Assembly (NCBI GenBank): GCA_016845365.1
Contig: JAERST010000024.1
Location: 160,461 to 224,460 of the forward strand
Direction of reading: 5' to 3'
Source: Methanobacteriota archaeon
GTDB taxonomy: Archaea > Thermoplasmatota > Poseidoniia > Poseidoniales > Thalassarchaeaceae
DNA: 64,000 nucleotides
This document shows positions 30,335-38,820 of this stretch, piece by piece; position 1 is the stretch's first letter, and each line of letters opens with the position of its first letter. A model generated the notes under the pieces. It was given only the letters and a program-made list of their open reading frames with translations, made no database searches and had not been told where the DNA came from. A program made the translations under genes and the position numbers.

Positions 30335-30992
30335 CGAGTAAAACCTCCAATCGAACCAAAATTTGGTTTGCGAGAGTCTGGGATATTGAAAACGAATTGT
30401 CGCCAACGACTATCGCGCCATTTTCCACAGTAATTCGCTCACCGATGACTAATCCTTGTCTCTCCAAAGTTTGAGAATCTTGACCGTCGAGGGCGATGAA
30501 TTCGATTATGCCCGAACTGCCCTCGGGAAGATTGGAAATTGGCAACAAAGATGCTGTCACCGCTGGATCCACTCGCCGCGATACCTGTGGAACCCGTTCG
30601 CCAGAGTGAGTTCTCTCGGGATAACCAAGCAGCCTATCGATAGCAGCCTCTAGGTCGTCATCGATTGAATGTTCCATTTCGCAAGCGGCGGCGTAAACGT
30701 CTCCCTCGTATCCAATAATGTCTGAGAGGAGCATCTCCAAGAGCAATTGCCGCCGCTTGATTCGAGAGGCTCGGGCAAATCCGTCCGGAGTTAAGCGCGA
30801 GCCTTTGTATGGAATATAGGTGACAAGGTCGCGCCCAGCTAATCTCTGAATCATCTCGGTGGTCGATGCCGCGCTTACACCCATGGATTCGGCTAACATC
30901 GAGGTTTTGACGATGGCATCGGGTTGCTCAGCGTGAATCTCAAACATTCGCTTGAGATACATTTCTTCGAATTCGCTTAGTTCGCTCATCAC
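30324..30992 (-). CDS. DtxR/MntR-family metal-dependent transcriptional regulator with FeoA-like C-terminus
   Basis: EEMYLK, LAESMGVSAASTTEM, Y.PYKG..LT..G, ACEMEH, LGYPE...G. Confidence 0.9.
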   Translation of the reverse strand: MMSELSEFEEMYLKRMFEIHAEQPDAIVKTSMLAESMGVSAASTTEMIQRLAGRDLVTYIPYKGSRLTPDGFARASRIKRRQLLLEMLLSDIIGYEGDVYAAACEMEHSIDDDLEAAIDRLLGYPERTHSGERVPQVSRRVDPAVTASLLPISNLPEGSSGIIEFIALDGQDSQTLERQGLVIGERITVENGAIVVGDNSFSISQTLANQILVRLEVLLDVE

Positions 30993-31014
30993 CGAGCCAC
31001 CCCCGAGAGCTCGA

Positions 31015-32949
31015 TCATTCCTGACCGACCTCCGCGATGAATTCCGAGCGACAGGCAGGACATCGAGCCTTGACTGGCCTGCGCTCGAGTGGCACCTTGA
31101 GAGTCTGGTCGCACGCGGGACAAGAGAGTAAGTCGGTCATTGAGAGGGCGACAGAAGGCGCATCGCTAGCCGGCGGAGGAGCGGGTTCAGATTCGCTCGG
31201 AACCGAGGGGCCGCCGGACGATTCGGTCTGAGGAGGGGCTGGCTGTGCAGATTGGTCAACCCCGACACCGTCCTCGTTCACGGTGGCCTCGACGGTAAAC
31301 CGCGAGGTGCAAGCAGGACATTTGACCGCACCAGAATGAGTCGCGGGAATGCTGAGGTCCTGCGCGCACTGAGGACAGGCAATCTGCCTTTTTTCAGCCG
31401 CTGCTGCTTTCTTGCGCTCGCCTCGGGTCTCGCGCAAACGATTGAACCTCGACTCGCCAGTATCGGCGACGCGTTCTGATACGGTGCGGTAGAGTACGAG
31501 TATGAACAGAACGAGAACCAATCCCGATACCGCACCATAAATCGCCGCGCTGAGATCGAATGGTAATTCCGCGCCCGACTCGGCATCAGAGTACGAGACA
31601 ATTTCGAGCAATTTGTTCTCTGAGATGCCGCTCGTAACCCATTGAATTTCGACTTCGACAACCTTTGAATCGGGCCAAGAAGCAATCGTCAGTGAGCCCG
31701 AAATCGACCCGCCCGCGTTGACTTGTGAAGTGCTCTTCGAATCCAAAACCATGCCGTCGGAGGTTCGGACAACTCGGACTTCGCCGGACAAAGTTGGGGT
31801 ATTGCCCTCGTTGCTCAGGACATAGGGAATGACCACTTGCTCACCTGTTCGTGGCGGGTTTGCCACACCGGAAGATTCCACATCAAGGTCCAGGACTGGA
31901 GGGCTGAGGGTATGATGCAACTCCAGATCCTGCGAGGCAGTCCAATCGACTGCCTCGACGGTAATGATGAGAGAGTCGGCGGAGGGATGTCCGAGCGAGA
32001 GCGTGAGTTGACGACGACCGGGGTCGATGATTAGTTCGAATGATTGCAGGAGGGATTCAATTGTCTGGTCTAGAATTGAAACTTCAACATTGACTAAGCG
32101 AGAACGACCATCGCTGAGGTAGAGAGAAATGTCCGCATCAAGCCCATTTGTCAGGTCCCAATTCGTCGAGTCGATCACCAGAGTCATCGTTTGAGAGTCC
32201 AAGATTTCTACCGAAGCGCTACCGTTCAGTTCGCGCGCTACGCCTCCATTGGGCGAGTGAAGACGCCAATCGATGTCCATTGGACCGGCGGTGCTTGGAA
32301 TGAATGAGGCAGATACCTCTCTGCTCGAACCCGGGTTGATCGTGATTGGTTCACCGAGAACTGAAGGCGAGTTTTCGGGGGTCAATTCCAGCTGCACCGT
32401 CTGCTGAGATGTCCCTTGGTTGTGGACGAGAATTGATGCGGTCAGTGTGTCGCCGACGTGGGCGGGCTCTCCGATTAAGGCGATTTCAGGCGAGCCGGCG
32501 GCGGTGAGATTTAGCGGATTGGGTTCAACGGGCAGAACTCGGGTTGAACTCTGAGTGCTGGAATCGATTGAGAAGACGAGGTGGAGCTCTCCTTCGGGTA
32601 GTGGTCCAAAGGAGATATTGACTGTGATGACTTCCTCTGAACCATCGAGGAATCCGGTCAAATCAGGAGATGATTCCTCGCCAAAAATTGTCTTGAATGA
32701 CCATTCGTCATGACCTGCGCTGGTGTCGGAATTTGTGATTTCGATTGAGAGTTGAATCTGGTATCCGGCGAATGCTGAAGCATTCCCAGATGGTTGGCCA
32801 GTTGAGCCGTCGACGAACACTATCTCCCAATCGCTTGATGCTTCAATCGTGAAGCGGTCCTGGGCCTCGGCAGATGTGGCGAATCCGAGGGCGATGATAC
32901 TCACGAGGCAAATCATGAGGATGTTGTGAAGGCTTCGCCTAGCCACCAT
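31015..32949 (-). CDS. Exported Ig/CARDB-repeat protein with TM and two cytoplasmic zinc ribbons
   Basis: Signal peptide, VHNQG and LSNEGN CARDB-like strands, TM, then CPQC..CPAC and CPAC..CPAC. Confidence 0.75.
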   Translation of the reverse strand: MVARRSLHNILMICLVSIIALGFATSAEAQDRFTIEASSDWEIVFVDGSTGQPSGNASAFAGYQIQLSIEITNSDTSAGHDEWSFKTIFGEESSPDLTGFLDGSEEVITVNISFGPLPEGELHLVFSIDSSTQSSTRVLPVEPNPLNLTAAGSPEIALIGEPAHVGDTLTASILVHNQGTSQQTVQLELTPENSPSVLGEPITINPGSSREVSASFIPSTAGPMDIDWRLHSPNGGVARELNGSASVEILDSQTMTLVIDSTNWDLTNGLDADISLYLSDGRSRLVNVEVSILDQTIESLLQSFELIIDPGRRQLTLSLGHPSADSLIITVEAVDWTASQDLELHHTLSPPVLDLDVESSGVANPPRTGEQVVIPYVLSNEGNTPTLSGEVRVVRTSDGMVLDSKSTSQVNAGGSISGSLTIASWPDSKVVEVEIQWVTSGISENKLLEIVSYSDAESGAELPFDLSAAIYGAVSGLVLVLFILVLYRTVSERVADTGESRFNRLRETRGERKKAAAAEKRQIACPQCAQDLSIPATHSGAVKCPACTSRFTVEATVNEDGVGVDQSAQPAPPQTESSGGPSVPSESEPAPPPASDAPSVALSMTDLLSCPACDQTLKVPLERRPVKARCPACRSEFIAEVGQE

Positions 32950-33045
32950 CGGCTGCGCCTCGGTGCTGTGAAGCGTATCAAGGAAACCCTAGTTCAAGGT
33001 CACGTAGTGACCTTTATTGCAGATTCCAATTTGGGCCGGACACCC

Positions 33046-33969
33046 ATGGACGCTGAGGCTCTGATGCAGGTCACGCCGGAGCATCTGGCGAAGGCTTTGT
33101 TGGACCGTCGGCGCCTCTTGAAGGACCAATTGCCGACGGTCATTAGAACCCTCGAAGCCGAGGAGCAGAGCCTCGCTCCTAAGGTGGCAAAAGTCGTCGA
33201 AAACCACACTCGGGCGAACGAGATTGTAGCCTCGCTAAAGGGTGGGCGCGATGAAGCACAACGCGAGGCTCGAAAATTACTGCCGACGGTTCGAGGACAT
33301 CGCGATACACTCGTCGAGTCTGGAGGGATGGTGAATCTTGACCCTGATTGGAAGAAAGAGAAACTATTCGAGGAACTCGACGAGATTGAAGAGAGCATTC
33401 AGACTTCTGCCCTCGACCATAAGGCCGAGAAGAAAATGATCGATCGGCGCAAGAAATTAATCGAACAGAACGAGAAGTGGTTGAAACAGCGCCGTGACTC
33501 TAATCCTGAGATGGCTGATTACATCGACTCTCGCCGCGAAATGTCTCATCTGTTCAAGACTGCAGATAGGTCTCACCTTGAGATGTTGAAGGCTGTTGAG
33601 AAGGCTCAACCTCTGCACGAGAAGAAAGTCGCGCTACAAAGCGAACTACGCGAAGTGCGCCGACAATTAGACCGAGCGAAAGAATTGCTTTCCCAATCTG
33701 ACGATGCAATCAACCATTGGGAGCGCCGCCTCGTCGATGGATACGGCGCTTTGGGAATGGGCTTCCCAGATTTGATGGCAGCCAAGCAAAAAGTCGCTGA
33801 GGGCGGCGATTCATCCTTCGCTCGAAAAACTCCCGTGAAGGGAAAGAAATCTGACAAGGGCTCAAATCAATCCAACAAGCGCTCCAAGAAGTCGGCTAAG
33901 AAATCTGATTCTGGCGACTCTGGCGAGAAGACAACTCCATCACCACCAGAAGGAGGTGAGGAGGAATGA
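33046..33969 (+). CDS. Long coiled-coil protein (COG1340-like)
   Basis: Heptad-rich; IQTSALDHKAEKK turn motif; Lys/Ser-rich tail. Confidence 0.8.
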   Translation: MDAEALMQVTPEHLAKALLDRRRLLKDQLPTVIRTLEAEEQSLAPKVAKVVENHTRANEIVASLKGGRDEAQREARKLLPTVRGHRDTLVESGGMVNLDPDWKKEKLFEELDEIEESIQTSALDHKAEKKMIDRRKKLIEQNEKWLKQRRDSNPEMADYIDSRREMSHLFKTADRSHLEMLKAVEKAQPLHEKKVALQSELREVRRQLDRAKELLSQSDDAINHWERRLVDGYGALGMGFPDLMAAKQKVAEGGDSSFARKTPVKGKKSDKGSNQSNKRSKKSAKKSDSGDSGEKTTPSPPEGGEEE

Positions 33970-34931
33970 GCGAAGGGCTCTTCGAAGATTTGGAGGCACT
34001 TCCTCACAACGAAATCGAGGAGGCTTCGGCTGACCTTGAGCGGCAATTGCGCTCCTTTGAGGACGAATTCAAATCTCTACGCGAGGAGCGCAGAACCCAA
34101 GTCGATCTGGTCAAATCTCTGCGCTCAGCAGTCGGAGATATCGAAGAGGCGAGTTCTGAGCGCAAAGCCTTGCTAAACCAATTTCACAAAGTCAAGAAAG
34201 ATGCTGATAAAAATCGCGAAATTCGCGACCGAGTAAATCGCTCGATTCCACCGCCAGCCGCAGTACTCGAGGAATGGCTGGCGGACACCTACACCAAATT
34301 GACAACTATTGACAACGATTTGACAGCGGTTCCAACCCTCAACAGGGAACTCGACTCATTTCGGCGATTCTTCGAGTTGCAAGCCGCTGTCGTGCGCAAG
34401 CGAGAAGCAGAGGATGCGCACGCGGTTTACGTCAAAGAAGTCGATAAATTGCGAAAGATTACCAGTGAACTCGATGCCACTCGTAAATCACAAGAGACCA
34501 GCGCTGAGTCCGCAACCGAAGGAAGCGAACTCAGCACTGACAAGGTTACCCGAAGCGAGATTCGCAAAATCAGCAAAGCGATTAGCGCAATCGACAAGCG
34601 GCTCGATGCGATCAAATCCCAGCGAAAAGACGCACGAAGAGAAGCCGGTCGATTGCGCTCATACCTGAAAATAACCGGAGGACGCGGTTCAAGAATCCGC
34701 ATCGCAGATGTCAAGGATAGGGCGAGCAGCGGCGGTTCTCTGAACGCCAACGAATTGACCGCACTGCTCGACTCTGGAGGCCTCTCAAATCTGACCTCAG
34801 AGAGTAAGAAAGAGAGTGCCGAGCAAGCAGCATCACCCAAGCGAGGTCGCGGTGGTAAGAAGGGAAAGCGAAGACTTGGTGTGACCCGCGGTGGACCAAG
34901 GCGCGGCAACTCGGCCACACGGAGAGAATGA
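33966..34931 (+). CDS. Long coiled-coil protein (COG1340-like)
   Basis: Heptad-rich; SGGSLNANELTALL; basic tail KGKRRLGVTRG. Confidence 0.8.
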   Translation: MSEGLFEDLEALPHNEIEEASADLERQLRSFEDEFKSLREERRTQVDLVKSLRSAVGDIEEASSERKALLNQFHKVKKDADKNREIRDRVNRSIPPPAAVLEEWLADTYTKLTTIDNDLTAVPTLNRELDSFRRFFELQAAVVRKREAEDAHAVYVKEVDKLRKITSELDATRKSQETSAESATEGSELSTDKVTRSEIRKISKAISAIDKRLDAIKSQRKDARREAGRLRSYLKITGGRGSRIRIADVKDRASSGGSLNANELTALLDSGGLSNLTSESKKESAEQAASPKRGRGGKKGKRRLGVTRGGPRRGNSATRRE

Positions 34932-35010
34932 GTGGAGAATATCTGCATCTTTGATTCTCCTATGCGCTTATATGGAAAACTCAGGACGAGAGGCCGCAGG
35001 AGGCGATTAC

Positions 35011-35892
35011 ATGGAAATGGAGGGTGCCGAAATTCGCGGACTTCTTCAGCCTCGTTGCGACGATATCCAGGAGCAGATTTCCTTCAATCGCGAGGAGCGC
35101 GATCAATGGAATGCCAAGGTTCGTACTCTCCTAGACGAGAGAAATGAACTCAATCGTCAAGTCAAGGAACTCATCACCGAGGTCCAAAATCAGAAGTCTC
35201 TGCGTGACGAAGCAAATCAAACGGTTCGCGATTTGAAGGACCACCGTGCGGAAAAGACCGAGGAACTCAAAGTCATCCGCACGAATTTCCGTGAGAAACT
35301 TGCTCAGCAGGGCGAGGAAGAAATCCAGCGTGAGAGAAATGACAGGAGTCGCTCTCCGGCACGAATTAAAACCGAGATGGACAAACTCGATCGCCTATAC
35401 CAACATGGTGGAGTTTCACCCAAGAAGGAACGAGAGCATATGATGAAAATGAAGCGGCTCTCACAGGAACTTCGAGAGGCAAAAGAGCGCAAATCAGATG
35501 GTGGCATTCGCGACCTCAAGATGCAATTGAGAGATGCTGAAAAGCAGCAGGAAGAAGCTCACAAGAATGTCAAGAAAGCGGTCTCCAGCGCCCAAGAAGC
35601 CCACGATTTGATGGCTGAACTCTCTGAAGAAGTCGATCGACTTCGCGAGAAAGCAAATTCAGCCCAATCTGGCGTAACCCGCGCAAAGCGCGAAGCCGAT
35701 TCGCTTCACGGACGCTACATCGTCTCGCTACGCTGCATTCACTCGATGCAAGACCTGTTGAAGGCATTGGATGCACGCGAGAAGGGTGGAGGCGATGATG
35801 ATGAGCAGGTTGAAGTCGCTGACTTGATGACTCGATTGATGTCTGGTGACACGCTTTCAACCGACGAAATCATGGCCCTTCAGCGGAATTGA
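35011..35892 (+). CDS. Long coiled-coil protein (COG1340-like)
   Basis: RDQWNAKV...RNELN...RDEANQ.V, AQEAH, ADSLH; C-terminus SGDTLSTDEIMALQ. Start uncertain (34972 or 35011; GGAGG precedes 35011). Confidence 0.8.
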   Translation: MEMEGAEIRGLLQPRCDDIQEQISFNREERDQWNAKVRTLLDERNELNRQVKELITEVQNQKSLRDEANQTVRDLKDHRAEKTEELKVIRTNFREKLAQQGEEEIQRERNDRSRSPARIKTEMDKLDRLYQHGGVSPKKEREHMMKMKRLSQELREAKERKSDGGIRDLKMQLRDAEKQQEEAHKNVKKAVSSAQEAHDLMAELSEEVDRLREKANSAQSGVTRAKREADSLHGRYIVSLRCIHSMQDLLKALDAREKGGGDDDEQVEVADLMTRLMSGDTLSTDEIMALQRN

Positions 35893-36835
35893 TTTCGTAA
35901 GTTCGACCATTTCTCGAATGAAGAATTTCTCGACCTCTGTCGTGGTCGATTATCCAAGCTGGAATCGCTGTCGGCATTTTCTCAAGGACTGCATCATCCG
36001 AGTCAAAGATCCATCGCTCTAGCATCGTACTTCTGACAGTGCTACCTTCCTTGGCTTCCTGTTGTTTTTGTCGTCGAGTTTCGAGAATTCCGACGAGCAT
36101 GGTTCGCAAGTCGTTTTCGGGCAGCCAAGAAGAGGATTCGACCCAAATTAATCTCAGTGAAGGAGTGGTTGCGAGCATATTTGATTCCTCATACATCTCC
36201 AATCTGCCTGCCCAAGGATCCTCCAAAACATTCCACGTTCCGTTCTCCCTAACTCCTTCTGGGCTAACCAAAGACCCCTCGATACGCCATATATTCGCCT
36301 CGAGTAATACCGGCGAGGCTTCGACGAATTCGAGGCCTCGCTGAATCAACCACTCGTCCAAATCGACGAGTGGTTGCAAGACCACTCTCGATACTGGTTG
36401 AGAGTGGTCTTGACCCGCAATTGAATCATCAATTTGATCGGATTCAGGTTGGGTTTGGCGAGGAATTCCCGCTTGCAAGTCTCCTCGAAGAACCGCTTCT
36501 CCAATCCAGCGGCTAAGCGTGTCAGGATTCCACAATTCAAGCCTCAGACGCGAGGCGAGCAATTCGCTGGCCGCTGGTTCGAACTCCCGCTCACTCAGAA
36601 TCCAGTGAGCGCCCGTGGGAGCATCTACCAACCATCGCTCAGCCTCGGCCACACTAATCGGCAATAATCCAGAACTAATGTGCCAAACATGGACTGAGCC
36701 TCCACTTTCATCTTCAAATTCTGGGATGCGTTCGGCCACGCCCAGGCATCGGAAACCGATCGACTGAACGATGCCGCTGGCTTCGATAAGTCGAACACCA
36801 CGGAGATTCAACAGATCCCCGACGAGGTCATCCAT
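35870..36835 (-). CDS. Hypothetical protein
   Basis: 321-aa acidic, Trp-rich ORF that fills the gap; TATA-like element about 25 bp upstream. Confidence 0.7.
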   Translation of the reverse strand: MDDLVGDLLNLRGVRLIEASGIVQSIGFRCLGVAERIPEFEDESGGSVHVWHISSGLLPISVAEAERWLVDAPTGAHWILSEREFEPAASELLASRLRLELWNPDTLSRWIGEAVLRGDLQAGIPRQTQPESDQIDDSIAGQDHSQPVSRVVLQPLVDLDEWLIQRGLEFVEASPVLLEANIWRIEGSLVSPEGVRENGTWNVLEDPWAGRLEMYEESNMLATTPSLRLIWVESSSWLPENDLRTMLVGILETRRQKQQEAKEGSTVRSTMLERWIFDSDDAVLEKMPTAIPAWIIDHDRGREILHSRNGRTYEINSAEGP

Positions 36836-36926
36836 GACTCGTGGTGGTCGCTCGCCCCTTCAAGGGCACCCCTGTTGAGTGGATATTCGCCCTCGAAGGG
36901 CGAGGTAATCCGAATTTTCGAACAAC

Positions 36927-37223
36927 TCAGAGGTTCGAGTTCAGAGTCAACAAGTCTGACTGACCAGGGTCGACGACGCACAGAGCGCTAACCGGGAATG
37001 GCTTTGCACAGGCAGCGCCGAGTTGGCGGTTGACCATTGTTACTCGGTGGACTGGAACATCGGGGTGGCTTGCGGTGAGGTTAGTGACGTAGTCAGTTGG
37101 GCAATTTGCTGCGACGAGAACGAGTCGAGCATCTCCCTTATTGCACGCACTTATTGTCTGACGCTGTCCAAAAAGGACGGTGCCGGTTGTGATTCCTTGC
37201 TTCAATTGTCTTGCCAAATCCAT
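36927..37223 (-). CDS. rpl30e: 50S ribosomal protein L30e
   Basis: TG.VLFG, LVLVAANCP, LGAACAKPFPVSALCVVDPGQS; follows rpoA''. Confidence 0.93.
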   Translation of the reverse strand: MDLARQLKQGITTGTVLFGQRQTISACNKGDARLVLVAANCPTDYVTNLTASHPDVPVHRVTMVNRQLGAACAKPFPVSALCVVDPGQSDLLTLNSNL

Positions 37224-37236
37224 TTGAATTCCTCCT

Positions 37237-38820
37237 TCAGGCCTCTGCCTCTTCTGGGATGTAGAATAATTCCACACTTCCAGTTCCGAGCGCGACTGGT
37301 TGACCGACGATGATGTTCTCAGTAACACCACGTAGCTCGTCGCGCTCGCCGATTACACCCGCGCGTAGCAGGTGATTGACTGTGACTTCGAAAGCAGACC
37401 GCGCTAGGATACTGTGCTTGGTTCCGCTGACACCGTGTCGTCCGATAGCTCGGACTTCGCCCTCGCTTGTCATTACATCAGCAACGGTTAGCAAGTGGCG
37501 GACATCGACATCGAGACCGGCTCCTTCCAAGGTATCCTTCATCTCATTGATGATTGCTTGACGAGCGGCCTCGACACCAAGATATCCGTAGATTTCGTTG
37601 ATGTTATTGGTGTAAGTTCGACCGCGGTCGACTCCAGCGAACTCGCTGACCTTAGCTAGGTTGGAACCGATAGTTGCGATGTAATACTCGCCAGTGTCTC
37701 GGTTTGGCCCTTGCACATTCGCACGGACGATGTCTGGAAGACCCTTCAAGCGCAATTTCTTCACCTTGTCCTCAAGTTGTAGGAGCGCAGTGTAGGTTGG
37801 AGGGTCGTTTGCGAGTTCAGCAAGGTCATCTTCCTTGGTAACGCCTGGAATGACCTTGAGCACCTTGGGACGGTCCTCGTCATCCGCTTGGATGTAAAGG
37901 CGGAGAGCGCGCGAAAGCTTGTCGCGGACCTCAGCGCCTGTCATCTTCTTGAGGCGTAGATTTGCTCGGTTCAACTCAAGATTGAGGTGACGCTGAGCAA
38001 CATCGACGTCGATTGAAGCGATATCGCGAGTTGTCGTTGTTTCGAGTGAAGCAGCGATCTCCTGAACCTTCTTCTCCTCGGTGCGCAGAGGCTTGCCCTT
38101 TGCATCGGTCTCTTCGAGGTAGACCTTCATCGTCGGAGTCTTTGGGACCTTTCGCGCGTCTACAATCTCGATTACACGAGGTAGACCCTGAGTAACGTTG
38201 ACCGTTGCCACACCAGCATAGTGGAAAGTACGCATGGTCATCTGAGTTCCAGGTTCTCCGATCGATTGAGCGGTGGTGATTCCAACTGCTTCGTGTGGGT
38301 CGACGCGTGAGTAAGTCATGTCAGCAGCGGCGCAGCTGACGACTTTTCGGGCCTCGGCTGCGGTTAGCTTCTTCTTTCCACGGGAGAGCAATCCTTCGAC
38401 GAGGTCGTTGATTGTCTTCGGTGAAATTCTGACGTTCTCTGATACAGCTGCATCCGAGAGACTGATGAACATCGGATTGTGGATGTCGAGGTCGCGGTGG
38501 ATTTGCACCATCTTGTCCTCAGCATCGTATGCCTGTAGAGGCAAGATGCTCTTGGTTCGGCGGCGTGAAGCGGTTGAGCGCTGGCGTCGAATCATTGTCT
38601 TCTCGGCTTTCTTCTCCTTCTGAGCAGCCTTCGTCGATCCTTGGATGACTTCGGTGATGTTCTGAGCCATTCCCGAATCTGTCGCACAGATTTGAGCGAT
38701 CTCGCCCGCTGCGAGAATCTTGACGTCATCCCACTTTCGGTCATCGGCAAGTCGGTGAGCGAATTCCTCAGCGATGCCCAAATCCATGAGCTTCTTCTTG
38801 GTTGCACTCTTGACTACCAT
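37237..38820 (-). CDS. rpoA2: RNA polymerase subunit A'' (Rpo1C) with N-terminal extension
   Basis: [55 protein letters not shown]. Confidence 0.97.
   Translation of the reverse strand: MVVKSATKKKLMDLGIAEEFAHRLADDRKWDDVKILAAGEIAQICATDSGMAQNITEVIQGSTKAAQKEKKAEKTMIRRQRSTASRRRTKSILPLQAYDAEDKMVQIHRDLDIHNPMFISLSDAAVSENVRISPKTINDLVEGLLSRGKKKLTAAEARKVVSCAAADMTYSRVDPHEAVGITTAQSIGEPGTQMTMRTFHYAGVATVNVTQGLPRVIEIVDARKVPKTPTMKVYLEETDAKGKPLRTEEKKVQEIAASLETTTTRDIASIDVDVAQRHLNLELNRANLRLKKMTGAEVRDKLSRALRLYIQADDEDRPKVLKVIPGVTKEDDLAELANDPPTYTALLQLEDKVKKLRLKGLPDIVRANVQGPNRDTGEYYIATIGSNLAKVSEFAGVDRGRTYTNNINEIYGYLGVEAARQAIINEMKDTLEGAGLDVDVRHLLTVADVMTSEGEVRAIGRHGVSGTKHSILARSAFEVTVNHLLRAGVIGERDELRGVTENIIVGQPVALGTGSVELFYIPEEAEA

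Noticed and set aside
27592..35892. Coiled-coil proteins as SMC/Rad50
   Set aside because: No Walker A/B or signature motif, no hinge or zinc hook, and too short.
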